DNA of 43,903 nt from Nemertoderma westbladi (taxonomy: Eukaryota; Animalia; Xenacoelomorpha). The DNA is taken from the NCBI GenBank assembly GCA_032718475.1, contig JAUCBJ010005758.1, forward strand, positions 1 through 43,903, written 5' to 3'. Under the pieces are notes generated by a model that did not search any database, was not told where the DNA came from, and saw nothing but the letters and a program-made list of their open reading frames with translations. The position numbers and the translations under genes were made by a program. Each line of letters begins with the position of its first letter. The stretch's first letter is position 1. Below, piece after piece: positions 1-12,390 of the stretch.

Positions 1-174
1 ATATTAATAGATCGGAGCTCCCCCCCCCCGTATTTTTTTTTTAGTTGGGGGTCACCGACCAACAAAATAAGTTCTTATATTAGTGTGATAGTAGCCTATT
101 GCCCAAGTGTAAATAAATATTTAGTATGAATACTTTACAAACAGCAAAGTTATGTATTATTTCAAAGTTTAAAC

Positions 175-411
175 TTATATAATTATAAAATACTTTTCAT
201 TAATTATTCTAAGTAACCTTGAGCACATCCCAGCACAACGGATTCTAGAAACATCTTTGTAAACATTCCGAATTGCGTGGTTAACCAACATATGGTTAGG
301 GAATGAACCATGTGAGCCCCGTCCAAATGTTACAGCTCTTTGACAATTGTGTTCCTGAAATCCATCTGCTCTGCTTAACAGCACAGCTGTATATAGTATC
401 AGATTAAACAT
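175..411 (-). CDS. Possible first exon of a secreted protein with a PAN/apple-like motif
   Basis: Hydrophobic N-terminus (MFNLILYTAVLLSRADG) followed by HMLVNHAIRNVYKDVSRIRCAGMCSR, which resembles the L-x-x-H-x-I...S-x-I-x-C-x-x-x-C pattern of PAN domains. A weak AG|GT donor follows CSR. Short and unverified. Confidence 0.3.
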   Translation of the reverse strand: MFNLILYTAVLLSRADGFQEHNCQRAVTFGRGSHGSFPNHMLVNHAIRNVYKDVSRIRCAGMCSRLLRIINEKYFIII

Positions 412-1764
412 CTTTATATCTCATTTTATGATACGATAAATTCAGTTGAGGTTCATTTTACAAAATTTCACCCTATGGTAATGTTGCCCTATCCTTGAAT
501 TTATCGTATAAAATCCCATATTTCCTCCCAAATTCCCCTCCCATATTATAATGTTGATACAATTACTGTTTATTCATAATTATAAACGTACACAACGTAT
601 ATAATATAATATATAATATACGTACATAATATAATTATGTTACTGTTGCAAAATTTCAGTCTCTTCTACTATAATTATTCTAGAGTATTGGGCGGATAAA
701 AAGCAGAGCAATGAGATAAAAACATGCAATATTCTAAGGCATATATTTTTCCTATTCTTTGGAAATCCTATAAATTTTACAGATTATTTGTAAACGTTGT
801 TGTAAAGGTTACACATAATAATTTTTGCAAAACAAAGACAACAGTTGTTGCTTGGCACCGACTAGTGCAATATTCCTGGGGTCACTTTTTTTCAATAACT
901 GTTAACGAAAATTGGAAGGGAAAGTAGTGGTGTTAATTTGATATTTAGTTCAAATTGTGATTTTAAATTATAATTAATTATTAAGAAGACATTATCATGA
1001 AATGTAGAATATCATACCGGTACAGTGGTACACACTTCTAGTGAATACTGCAGATATATAAAGTGCATACAGTTACCGAATGTATAACTTCCCCTACTTT
1101 TTTGTATGTATGAGTACAAAATTTATCACTAAATTAAATTAAATATCTTCAGCTTGGGAGCACTAATATTGTATGAACTGCGTATAATATTAAATAGAAT
1201 ATACCGTATATATATAGTTCATACATAAGTAATGACTTAAATGCGAATGAAATGGAAAAATGTAATCCATAAATTTATCCATTTGTACTATCCTAACACC
1301 ATTGAACCTCACATATTGGCCCTATTTAAAAAAATATCAATAGCGCCCAGGTGGTGTAAATGGTTAATGAGCTTCTATTGTATAGGTAAGTGGATTTCTT
1401 AAAGAAAATGTAAACTTGTTTGCTCTAAAGAATGGGTTGGATACTAATATAGGGTTTGCTCTTGAGAGTTAGTGTAGCGCCCTCCACCTCCCATATACAG
1501 TAGGTAACAGCCAATTGCTTATTCATAAATGTTTTTAAACTAATTTAAAAAATATTCATAAAACCCTAAAAGATGATATAAATAAAGGGAACTTAATAAA
1601 CACCGTACAGGCACATCTGACGATTTAATGAAAAGGCCTTCAGTTCATTAATAGTATAAACATTCAACAGTGAAGATACAGTATTAAATAGACAGGGGGA
1701 TATCCTGAAAATGAATCCTTTAATTCATCGAAGGGTCTTCAGAGCGTATTGAAACTTGTTTCTG

Positions 1765-1910
1765 ATATTAGATATATATATATTATTATTATTATTATAT
1801 TACTATCATTATATATATAATATATATCTATATTACTATTATATTATTACTGTACTATTAGATATATATTACTATTAGATATGTTATATATACAGTACTG
1901 TATATTTATA
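1765..1910. repeat. AT-rich low-complexity/microsatellite (TA, TATTA)
   Basis: Runs of atatat/attattatt/tattact are visible directly. Confidence 0.7.
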
Positions 1911-2804
1911 CATTATGTAAAAACAATAACTCTTTTCAGATTCGGAATCTGCAGATGAAGGCAGTTAGAATGATATCTAGAATATGATGTCTGCAATTCC
2001 ATTTCATACACGGCACATCTGTTGCATCTGCAAATACTGTGAATGCAGCGCTGAAAATGCTTATCATGTCTTGCACTGTGAAAATGCGCCTGGGCTCTCA
2101 TCTGTAGCAAGAAAATATTCCCCCCCCCCCCCGTTTTTCTGACTGTAAATATGTTATCAGATCTATATTTATGTATCCCCCTTTTAAATCTATAATATTA
2201 TATTTATAAATATTTTAAAAAATATTTTACCATATAATTAAATAAAACTATGCCAGATTGCCCCGCCTGGGGGTGTACGATTAAAAAAATGATATCTACT
2301 GTATAATAATATTAAAAAAAAAACGAAATATATAGCCAACAGAAGAGTAGCTAAATAGTCCAGTCCTTTATTAGCGGCTTGTTGTACTGTAGCTAAATAA
2401 TTGAAAAATCCTGTCAGGACAGCAGTAAGTAAAGGTGACGAGTTATCTTCATACACAAACTTTGGTAGAATTTGAATGAAATTTAAAAAAAGTAGGGTGG
2501 GGGGTGTCCGACATTCTAAATATGTTTGTTGTTTACATTTAATCCATGCACCCTCACATGGAGAAACTTTTTTTCTGCTACTTGTTTTTCAAAAAAAGTT
2601 GCTCCGTGTAAGGTGGTCAGCAATTAAGTTACTACAGTAGACACACTCAAAAACATTTCGCAACGAAATTTTGTGTTATTTTTTTCCCTAGGGAAAAAGT
2701 ACTTATTTTTCTCTCGATTTTGGGGTATATTTGAGCGCAAAAGTAACAATTTAAGATTAACTCGTATTACATATCATTAGCCTATCCTAGTATTTACATC
2801 TTAA

Positions 2805-4303
2805 CCCTATTAGTACCGGGCTATAAAATGTTGTACAAATACCGGGGGGGGGGGGTCATATTGACCCCCCCCTCTAAAATCTACAAATATTTACGAAAAC
2901 GTCTGATTTTTTGTTTGTACGTAGGTATCACTTGTCTGGATCCGACCGAAAAAAAAAAATTTTCGAAAAAATGTACTGGGGTGGTTATATTGCAGCACCA
3001 AAATTACAAGTAGTGCACAATTTTCACCAAATTTGAAAGTTACATTTTCGGCTAATTATTTTTCAATACAGGTTTTCTGGGGTGCAAAATACATTGGAAA
3101 ATATTAAAAAATGATATGATTACTATAAATTGCTGTTTAGTCCTCTCTGCGTAGGAAAAAAATGAAAAAAACAAGTAACCAGCACTTTTCAGTTAGAACA
3201 CAAAATTTTTAATTCACTTATACGATGCTATAAATTCACATTTTCAGGTTTTCGAGGGCGCTGATTCTAATGGAATACATTTCTAATATGCCAGATCATT
3301 GGTACTTGTATTTTTCGGCGTAATTTGGCAAATTTTGGTGCTAGCACCAAATTTCGTACCCATCACCAAAAAGTACAAGTTTGCGATGTCCAGTGCTGTT
3401 TTTATTGATTCCATCGGATTCAGGACCATCATAAACCCGTATAACGCAAGAAACAAGGTGATACTATCTACTTATCAATTTGCATATTTTCCAAAATTTG
3501 GTGCTGGCACAACAATTTTCACCCACCGGCGAAAAATACAAGTTTGAGAACTCTTATGAAATTTTTACTGATTCCATTGAATTCAGAACCATCACAAACC
3601 CGTATAACGCAAGAAACAAGGTGACACAATCAATTGATATATTTGATGGTTTTCAAAATTTGGTGCTAGCACCACATTTTGCACCCACATCCGAAAAATA
3701 CAAGTTTGAGATGTCTAGTTCGATAATTATATTTTCCATTGAATTCAGAACAGCCATAAACCTCTAAAACGCAAGAAATAAATTGTCACAAGCAATTTTA
3801 TCTATTGAATGGATTTTCAAAATTTCGTGCTAGCACCAAAATTTGCACCCACCACCGAAAAATACAAGTTTGATACGCTTGGTGCAACTCGTATATATTT
3901 CATCGAAACCAGAACCCCAAAAAACCCCAATTGCGTAAAAAACAAGTTTCACACAATCAATTTACAAAATTGACATATTTCAAAATTTGGTGCCTGCAAA
4001 TTTCTAACACCAAAAAACCGGTGTAAATCAAAAATAGAGATGTTACAATTCATATTTAATGAAATGTAATTTTCAAAAAACGTCTCAAAAAAAGTGCCAA
4101 AAGTAGGGTTAAAAAATGGGGCTATAACTCGAAAAGTACCCAATATTTTTAAAAACTGTTTTCACTACTAGGAAGACAATAGATTTTTAGGAAAAGTCAT
4201 AAAATTTCAGATTCCCAACTGCGTTTGTTTCAGAATTATAATAAAAAAACCACGGGGGGGGGGTCATATTGACCCCCCCCCCCCCCCCCCGGGTTTAATA
4301 GGG
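2805..4303. mobile_element. Non-autonomous piggyBac-like DNA transposon (MITE)
   Basis: TTAA at 2801-2804 and 4304-4307. Termini CCCTATTAGTACCGGG / revcomp CCCTATTAAACCCGGG (13/16 match). Palindromic GGGGGTCATATTGACCCCC near both ends (~2845-2872, ~4254-4290). No transposase ORF. Confidence 0.8.
3330..4010. repeat. ~163-bp tandem repeat (4+ degenerate copies) inside the piggyBac-like MITE
   Basis: Motif AAATTTGGTGCT(A/G)GCAC...AAATACAAGTTTG...AACGCAAGAAA recurs at ~3331, 3493, 3656, 3819, with a partial copy at 3982. Confidence 0.85.
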
Positions 4304-5267
4304 TTAAACTAAAAAGGTCAAAAGAAATCAGGTATTTTAAATACACTAGCAACCAATCAAAATTTACTACAGTAGCTACCACTAAATTGAATGTCAGCCG
4401 ACAAATTCAAAGAAAACAAATAAAAAAAAATGCAAATAAAATTGGTCAAAAATGGTCACACAAACGATAGGAGTGCCCATGGGTGTCTCAAAAGGCATAC
4501 AAATTTTTGAATGAACGTAAAATCTGCTGTGGACTCTCGATACGAATTGTTATACAGAGACACACATCAATCTAGGTCTATGATCTGTGAACGGCCTATC
4601 AGATCTGTAATTGCCCATTATTTAGTAGGTAAGTAAGAAACAGCCCTGAATTTTTTACGTTTTGTTTTAAGAATGATATTGGTGTATTTAGAAGGAAATT
4701 TAATCTATACAGTACGTACGTATTATTCACATAAAATCTTTATATTTGTAATAAGAAATGGGTGAATTTATTAGTATTAACTGTGGTTTGGTCATATTAG
4801 TAATATGGGAATAATTTGACTGCAGTATAATCCGGCCCACTCATTGGTTTAACTACTTTAGGTTGGCGATAAAGTTTTAATTTAATGACAGGCGCGAACA
4901 CCCTTATGTATATCAGCAGACTGCCCCCCCCCCCCCCCCCCCCCCCCAGTCATGTCTTCTTCTCTCGTCTTGTTCACAATTAATTAATAATAATATTATT
5001 GTTGGTAATCAATATTATTGGATTCACATCCAGTACTTACTTCTGCCCACTGACCTGACCTCCCCACCATTCCATAGTCAATCCTTAGCAAACAATACGA
5101 TGTAATTGCTTTGATAAAACCCATAAATAAAACTTAAAATGTAAAATCGGGATGCAAAAGATCACTTTCTGAGCTACGAAAGGAAATTTGGATACAACTT
5201 GTATGGATACAAGCGGTCCGTTTAACTTACAAAGTGAATAATACGAATGTGCGAAGTTAAGAACAGT

Positions 5268-5368
5268 CGGGGGGGAAGTGTCCGGGGGGAAGTGTCTGGG
5301 GGGGGAGTGTCCGGGGGGGAAGTGTCCTACTTGAACGGGGGGGAACTGTCCGGGGGGAGGGGGGGAAG
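5268..5368. repeat. G-rich short tandem motif (GGGGGAAGTGTCC)n, likely a MITE subterminal remnant
   Basis: About 5-6 copies of GGGGG(A/G)A(G/C)TGTC(C/T). No partner end was found. Confidence 0.55.
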
Positions 5369-6022
5369 TTTGGTCACCATAGTAATATTAATTGTACTAC
5401 TAAGTGGGTGCAGTCTCAGTACTCATTAAAAACAGGTACAGTAGATTTATCAATTAATACGATATCAGGGGAAGGGGGGGGGGGGGGGGGGGGGGGGGGG
5501 TCCTTTCGATATCCAAACGTTGTTAAATAAAATACCCGGCTGTAAGGTAATCATATTAATTACTTAAAATGTTGTGTGAATAGGGAACTTTTTTCAACCT
5601 ATGATCCATATCTTGTTAATCTATATTAAATTTCTTTGTACTGAGATTTTCAGGGGCGCTGATTCAAATGATGCTATTCTCGAAAGACGTTGACGTAGAC
5701 TTCGAAAGACTTAAATATATATCCTCTATCTTTATATATATATAAATATTACTGCATGATAAAGGCCTGTTGGCTGAAATATAGCATTATATAATATAAC
5801 CGATGATATAGACCACATTTAACTAACTTTATTATATATATCTCTTATTATTACAGAAGATGTTTAACCGAAACGGTTAAAAGGATATTATATTATAATA
5901 AATATCGATTCAATGGTGACCGTGAAAATTATTTCGTGTAATTTTATCTTCATATAAATGAAACTAAATAAATCAATTCATTTTCAGATTAAACTTTAAC
6001 AACATACAATGAAAAAAAAAAT

Positions 6023-6747
6023 GCGGCCGGAATTCCGGCCAAAGCCGGACTTTTTTTTATCGTAACCGGATTATTATATATCACCAAAACCGTTTGCACC
6101 ATAACCTACGCCGATTTGAAATTTGCTAATTTGATATAATTTATTGATTTGATGTTGTTAAATGTAAAATATGAAAATAAAATCTCAATCTTAATCTCAA
6201 TTTGTAACAATACCTAGACCTAACACCAAAATACCTAGACCTAACACCAAAATACCTACACCTAACACCAAAATACCTAGACCTAACACCAAAACACCTA
6301 GACCTAACACCAAAATACCTAGACCTAACACCAAAATACCTAGACCACTAATTAATTAAGTGTTAGTGAGGCTGAGCCCAACCAAATACAAATATTCTTG
6401 GCAAAAAAGTAGTCAGTCAGTTCAGCATGTCGATTGTAGAAATAGTCATAAAATTATAGCTCTGCTTTAGACATGAACTCATAACATGAATAATGAATAT
6501 GATACAATCTATCAAAAAAATTGTATTGTATTCCAGTGTATTTGCTTAAATGTTAAAATTTGTGTGAATTTGAAAGAAAATTTATTGTGATGTTTTTTTG
6601 AAAATTTATATTAATTGTCAATTTTGTTAACAATTCGTTGAAATGGAAATCCGGCCAAAAATTTAAATCCGGCCGGAGCCGGAACCGGATTTTTTTCTCA
6701 AAATCCGGCCGGAATTCCGGCCCGGCCGGATATCCGGCACACCCCTA
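6023..6747. mobile_element. MITE remnant with CCGG-rich subterminal repeats (hAT-like TAGG terminus; left end not found)
   Basis: Right end ...CCGGCCGGATATCCGGCACACCCCTA (6747). CGGCCGGAATTCCGGCC occurs at ~6024 and ~6706. No matching left TIR or TSD is visible. Confidence 0.5.
6211..6346. repeat. 21-bp minisatellite (TACCTAGACCTAACACCAAAA) x ~6.5
   Basis: Near-perfect tandem copies read directly. Confidence 0.92.
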
Positions 6748-8001
6748 CAATTTACCTTTAACTGAAAATAACGAAATAATTAAATCGCCACAAGTAATAA
6801 CTGTATCACAATCTTCGTTTACAAAGTCCACCCCTCTGACCTTCTCTACAGTGTTTATTATAGCCGTAGGTTTGTAATTAAACTCAGTAATAATGGATAA
6901 TTGATTAAGCCAATTAGTCGCTTCGTTAATTAATCTTTTTTTTATTTCTTTCATTTTTATGTAAAGTTTCATTATTTATAGGAAAGTTATTTCCGTCTTT
7001 AGTATAAACTAATACAACTGAACCCTTTCCTACGGCTATATCGGAACTGTTGGGAGAGAAAGCGAATGTGGATAAACTGAAACTTCCTAACTCAGTAACT
7101 GGGAATCCGCCGTCAGGTACTAACCAACTGGATAACTTATCGTTACTAAACTGCTAAACCCATAAACAATAATAATTCTATAATCAGGTAAAACTTCCAA
7201 CCCACAACCCACTGGGAATTCACCAACAACCGAATGATTCCCAGTTAATATATCGGTAAGAACTAATTTACCGCTCTCATCCAGAGTTGCTACTGTATTA
7301 TTACAGTTTAATGCTACTAACTTCCTAATCTTAGACCCCGGATTTGGAACTAAACTACGGAGAAATTTACCCGGTTTCTCAAAAAACCATTTGTAAAAAT
7401 TTCAAAGTAAACCGGAACAAGCCGACTCTTTATAAATCCACACACTGAGTTTATCAGCCGCTTTACTAACTAAATAGTTCGATGGAGCAACAAAAACTAA
7501 TTCCTCTACAGCTACACGTTCACGAGATGTTGTTGGTAAAGTAATTAATTTATTTTTATAATAAACCCGCAAAATTCCATTGTCACACCCGTAAGCGAAA
7601 ACCGGTTGGTTTTCTATTCCAGTTGTCCAAGATATCCGGCTCTCTTCGTCTTTATTTAGTTTAATATTCTCTTCCATATCCATTATATGGAGGGAGAACC
7701 ACGCACTCGCTGCGATGGTAACTGGTTCCGTATCTAGTACAGCTCGAACCCCCCCGTATTCCCCCGATTCTGTACCGAAGCTGTTAATGTGTTACTGCAT
7801 TGGACCCAATAAATACAGTAACTCAAAAACTCACCAGAAGAGGAAACATTCGCGCGGCGGCGCGGGTAGAACAGTAGAAAACAACTTAACCGGTCCGGTT
7901 GAACCGATTAGCATTCGATGGGGTGTTTCTCCGGTTTTACAATCCCGCACAAGCCTGGCCGATCCCCACAGTGGATATCCGATTACAGGATTATTATAGG
8001 C
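6748..8001 (-). pseudogene. Decayed WD40/beta-propeller-like gene
   Basis: Manual translation gives VFAYGCDNGILRVY, LVFVAPSNYLVSKAADKLSVW, VATLDESGKLVLTD, FAFSPNSSDIAVGKGSVVLVY and VRGVDFVNEDCDTVITCGDLIISLF. There is an in-frame TGA at 7402-7404 and frameshifts near 7150 and at the poly-A ~6940. A GTGAGT...TAACAG 54-bp intron (7834-7781) joins the upstream exon in frame. Truncated at 6747 by the MITE end. Confidence 0.55.
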
Positions 8002-8040
8002 CTAAGAACGCGACCCACCGCTCCGAGGTGTTTAATTCCT

Positions 8041-8343
8041 TGTAGGTGGAGGTTGTAGCCCTCGTTGGTAATTTTCCGCCTCCGTATAAAATACTGGAGT
8101 CCAAATATGGGATCATAATAAGTAGTGGCGGTAAAGCAGTACAGCAATATAACTGTATAATAATACTGTGACTGTAATCAAGGCACTGGCAGAATACACA
8201 AAAACCACACCAGTAGGGCAGTAGGGTGCATACAACAGTACAGGTAGGTAGGCACATAAAACCCAACACCAACCGAAAATCTACGCATATACAGCATATA
8301 TCAGTTTCTGATATATAACTAAACAATAAAACAATAGTTCACA
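8041..8343 (-). mobile_element. 3' LTR of a Bel/Pao retrotransposon
   Basis: On the minus strand a purine tract GTGGGGGTA (8352-8344) immediately precedes TGTGAAC... at 8343, downstream of the Pao pol C-terminus. The likely end is ...CCACCTACA at 8041; this end is inferred because there is no second LTR to compare. Confidence 0.6.
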
Positions 8344-8352
8344 TACCCCCAC

Positions 8353-9030
8353 GTCATAGCTAATGGGCTACGAAATAATCAGGTTTCTTAGAGATACGAC
8401 CATGTGAGGTAATTAATGGAGATTGGTTACTATCAATATAGGGGTAGATTCCCTTTTACCTCGAACCTTTCTATCGATGCAGTTTTCTTGAGCATTATCA
8501 ACACATAGAGGCAACATTTGAGTTTTTTGTTGTTAATCAGTACCCCCACGGTTAGGAAACTCATAACAACTGTCGACTTCAAGTGGAATAAGTAGATGAA
8601 CCGTCCGTGTCGTTTTCTTGCCATTCAAAAGTATCTCCAGTAGCCCGACATTCTGGACCAACAAAGGGTTTTATAAAAAGCGGGCCTACCGGGCTAAAGG
8701 CCATCGACCCCGAGGACAGTTGTCTTGATGAACCAACACAAGGTTACCAAGATTTGGTAGACGAGAAGGTGATTTCCTAGTGCGCCAGTTACGGAGAGAA
8801 GCCAAATATTCTGTTAACCAAAGCTTCCAAAACCTTCGGCTGATTTGATCACGGGAGTATAAACACTGCCGCAATTTATCTGAACCTATAGCAGCGGGAT
8901 CAATGTCATTGTCATCTTTAGGAGGGATACCATATAAGAAATCACTTGGTGTGATTATATTAAAACCATTAGGATCTGAACTAACAGAAGTTAGAGGTCT
9001 CAAATTAGCAACCATTTCAACCTCAGCTAT
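8353..9030 (-). pseudogene. Bel/Pao pol C-terminus (integrase end + DUF5641-like region), degraded
   Basis: IAEVEMVANLRPLT...ITPSDFL...FWKLWLTEYLASL...LVLV...PRGRWPLAR, then frameshifted RTVHLLIPLE and TSHGRISKKP. These are typical Pao motifs. Confidence 0.88.
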
Positions 9031-9434
9031 TGTTAAGCGCAAGCAGAGCCGTCAGCAATGCTTCTTACTGTTGAACGATACAGCAAAATAACAACTGATT
9101 CTTACTGTACGCGGTCTGCCTTGGCCCAACGCAATCTTAATTTGAACACAGGCAGAACCGTCTGCTAAATATGTTACTATTGTTGACTATTCGGCTCTGA
9201 CAATCACTCGCTCCTTTCTCTGTTGATTGCTCAACAGAGAGCTAACTGTTCGAATCGATGAGCCACACACAGCGATAACCAAAACAATAAATCTGAAATG
9301 GCTCCCTAAGCTACTTAAAATGAGTGCGGGTGGTCTAGCACTCGGCGTTCACTTATCACAGAAACACTGAAAGTTACTGGGCGGAATATGTCGAATGTGA
9401 GAATATTTTATATGTAATACGGGGTAGGCCTGTT

Positions 9435-9690
9435 CAGTGGCGGCGTTAGGGCCCCCCGAACCCCCGTTAGGGCCCCGAGCACGCCGGGGTCCAGAGCACG
9501 CCGGGGCCCCGAGCACACCAGTGCCCCACATAGCCAATACTTCAATATGAGCCATGGCAACAGAGCCAGACCAAAGGGGCTGGGTGAGTTAGGTATACTC
9601 AGGGGCGCGTCTACTGTAGGGGGGGGGGGGGGGGGGTATGGGGCTCGATTCCCCCCCCCCCCCCCCCCCCTCTCCCCCACTCCCACCCCC
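9435..9690 (+). mobile_element. hAT-like MITE terminal fragments
   Basis: CAGTGGCGGC... (9435) with GGGCCCC repeats and CAGGGGCG... (9600) followed by G/C runs. No partner ends were found. Confidence 0.35.
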
Positions 9691-9894
9691 TCCAAAAACT
9701 GCATGGGCAAGGCCTGTCTATTTGAGAACGTTTATTTGGGTATTGTATTAGTTTAATTTTGAGCTTGGGTTGAACATAATTCGATGAGAGGCAGTGTTAT
9801 AGTACTATTCGCTTTGTACGCGATTAAATTCAGATATCCCACGACACAGAAACAAATCCCGGCTAAGGTGCCCAGCTAAGATCCCACCAAACAT

Positions 9895-10348
9895 GGACGG
9901 TGTTATGCAACAGGGTGTTAAGCCACAAAATTTCAATTTGAGATAATCTATGTTTTCAAGTTTTTGTGCTAGAATATAGCATTTTCTCCGAAATATTGAT
10001 CAAAATGTGGCTTAACACCTTTTGGAAAACTTCATATTTGGCAAAACGTTAAATTGTCAAAAGGTGTCATACAGTACTGTAGGCCTACTTGCAAAAAGAT
10101 GTCAAGCCACACAATTATTATGTGGATTAAATCTTTTTTGTAATATTATTTGTGGTTTAACATAACACTCTTTGACTAATCACAAATCCGGATTGTGGCT
10201 TAACTTTCTCGTATTTTTAAGGCATTTCTTCGTATTATTGGGCAATAGGATCTCATAATTAGGTAGATTACACTTTCCTCTATCGAATGATACCAAAAAC
10301 TCAATTTCAACAAAATGTTGGATAACACCCTTTTGCATAACACCGTCC
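9895..10348. mobile_element. 454-bp TIR MITE with 4-bp TSD
   Basis: TIR GGACGGTGTTATGCAA(C/A)AGGGTGTTA (one mismatch in 26 bp). ACAT is duplicated at 9891-9894 and 10349-10352. Confidence 0.88.
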
Positions 10349-10354
10349 ACATTT

Positions 10355-10476
10355 CTCCCCAGTTATCTCAGCCTAGGCTGAGAACACTCCCCAGTCGTCT
10401 CAGCCTAGGCTGAAAACACTACCCAGGCTTCTCAGCCTAGGCTGAGAACAATCCCCTTAGGCTGAGATAACTCCCC
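10355..10476. repeat. 32-bp tandem repeat x3.5 containing the 18-bp palindrome TCTCAGCCTAGGCTGAGA
   Basis: Units start at 10355, 10387 and 10419, with a partial unit at 10451. Confidence 0.9.
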
Positions 10477-12215
10477 TCTAGTTGCAAAAAATTGTTTAGT
10501 TGTTTCTGACTTATACAAACACTATACATAGGATCTAAGTTCGTGTTACCATATACATATACAGGCAGCATAATAAAGCATAATACTTTTTAGCAGTAAT
10601 TTTTTAAGTCCGTTCAATTGACTTTTTTGTCCGCAAATTTTTATGAATTTTGCATAATACTTTTGTTGTCCGCAGAATGACTTTTTATTTATTTTTATTT
10701 GAATTTTTTATTTTATGAATTATTTATCTGTTGAATTTTACTCATGTCGAAACTTGGCCTTCGCTGGCTTTAGGCCAGCAGATTTACTACTGTATCCTAG
10801 CTACCGCTATCAGCCCGTTGCCTCACTATTTTCAAATAACCGCCTAGCGTCGAATAGTCTACGGTATTCTAAAACAATTACCTAAAACTACTCTCTGCTA
10901 TGCCGCGTACGAATTCTTTATTTTATTCTAACATTGCTAAATTAACTACAGTGTCATAAATACGAATTTGCGTACTAATTACTAAGTATTCCAAAATACG
11001 TATTTCTACTCTATTACGTTACTGAATTACACTAGCAACAGCCTAAATACTGTATTATTTTAACCTAATCAGCAATTAATAAGCATAAACTAAGAAATGG
11101 AAAACAATCAAGAAAACAGCGCCTATCTAAGCATTCACATTCAAGAATCAGGCACTCTTTAGCAACACAACATAAAATAGCGCAGCAATAAAGCTAGTAG
11201 TATGGCAGATAACGCTAGCAGCGCCAGTCAGCTAGTGTCGACTAGAGCGCTAGAATACCAGTCTGCTAATATACTAGTATACTAGTGTAAGAAGCAAAGG
11301 CCACCCAAAGCCACACGTAGGCCTCCTAACTAAGCCTCCTATTTCTACCCTAATGCTGCAAGGTTGAGACGAAATCTGGATCGTCAGCCCCCAAATACTG
11401 TAATGACGACAGGTCCCCGGTCCTTAGCTCATTAGCCCGACCGCAACTGTGGCCCCCCGCCAGCGTTGCCCCACTTTGGATCCTCCACACCTCCCTTCGT
11501 CGCTTCCACGGTGAGCCCGCCGCGCCTACCGGTACCCTTAGCCCTCCAAAACAAATAGCTACCATATCGGTGCATGCGTTCACAAACAGTCTGACAGTCG
11601 AAAGGAAATCCCCATAAGGATTATTACATCTCAATTACATACAGTAGAAATCAAGAGTCAATGCAGAAATCATTATTCGAAATTGTAATCAAGAAGTAAT
11701 CAGAGGAATCAGCATTAACGATTTACATAATTAGAAGAAAGAATCAGCAAAGAATTCAAAACATTTATCAAAAACGTGCAGTACTGCTGTACCAACACGA
11801 CACACTAACACGAATACTGAATACACTGACAGAATACTGCAAAAGTATACAAAGGCAGGTAAGATTAATTTCGCGATTATTAAAACACATTAACCATAAA
11901 TTCGATATAAAGCCAGTTTAGAGAGAAATATATAAGGAAATTAGCACAAATATACAATTAGTTCAGTCAATATTGATAAACGGCAAATTCGTATTAAGGT
12001 TTTATGAAAGTTTGCCACCATAAATGTTATTTACTAAGATTTTATTATAAAATTACATACGCAAAACTACATACTGTACAAAAACGGATGAAATATATAA
12101 ACTTGGATATTTTATTTTCCCTATCTAATCACGGCTGTACATCATTATGATTTATCTAAAATACTTTATACTGTATAATGAGCTGCTTCAGTACACAGCG
12201 CCATATATCGTAACA

Positions 12216-12390
12216 GCTATGATAGCCAGTAATTGACATTTTGTAAATTTCTGACCATGTAAGGTTATCTTTAGACACAATTTGACCAGTTTAACCAAAC
12301 TCTCCCACCATCCTCCCCAGTGAGGAGAACGGGCAGGATTAAATCGCCAAACAGTACTATGATGAGGAAATCTCAAGTGTGAGATTTTCT
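12216..12390 (-). pseudogene. Bel/Pao integrase core fragment (upstream half of the split pol)
   Basis: WRFNPARSPHWGGWWESLVKLVKLCLK matches the Pao integrase motif WxFNPPxAPxxGGxWERLV. Confidence 0.88.

Larger units (their letters stand above)
9031..12215. mobile_element. Non-coding LTR-type insertion (solo-LTR-like) nested in the Pao integrase
   Basis: Termini TGTTA...TAACA with a 5-bp TSD GCTAT at 9026-9030 and 12216-12220. Removing it restores the reading frame CQLLAIIAEVEMVANLRPLT. Confidence 0.85.

Noticed and set aside
7402-7404. TGA readthrough or alternative genetic code in the WD40-like frame
   Set aside because: The same region also has frameshifts, and the neighbouring intact ORFs use TGG for Trp. 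Simple decay is sufficient.
9349-9756. Gly/Pro-rich ORFs
   Set aside because: They are products of G/C homopolymer runs and MITE ends.
10355-10476. CRISPR-like palindromic repeat array
   Set aside because: The intervening sequences are short and similar to each other rather than unique spacers, there are no cas genes, and the context is eukaryotic.
11360-11460. Hammerhead or CPEB3/HDV-like ribozyme (CTGACGA; GGGGGCCACAG on the minus strand)
   Set aside because: There is no GAAA core on the same strand and no complementary P1 strand; these are chance motif matches.
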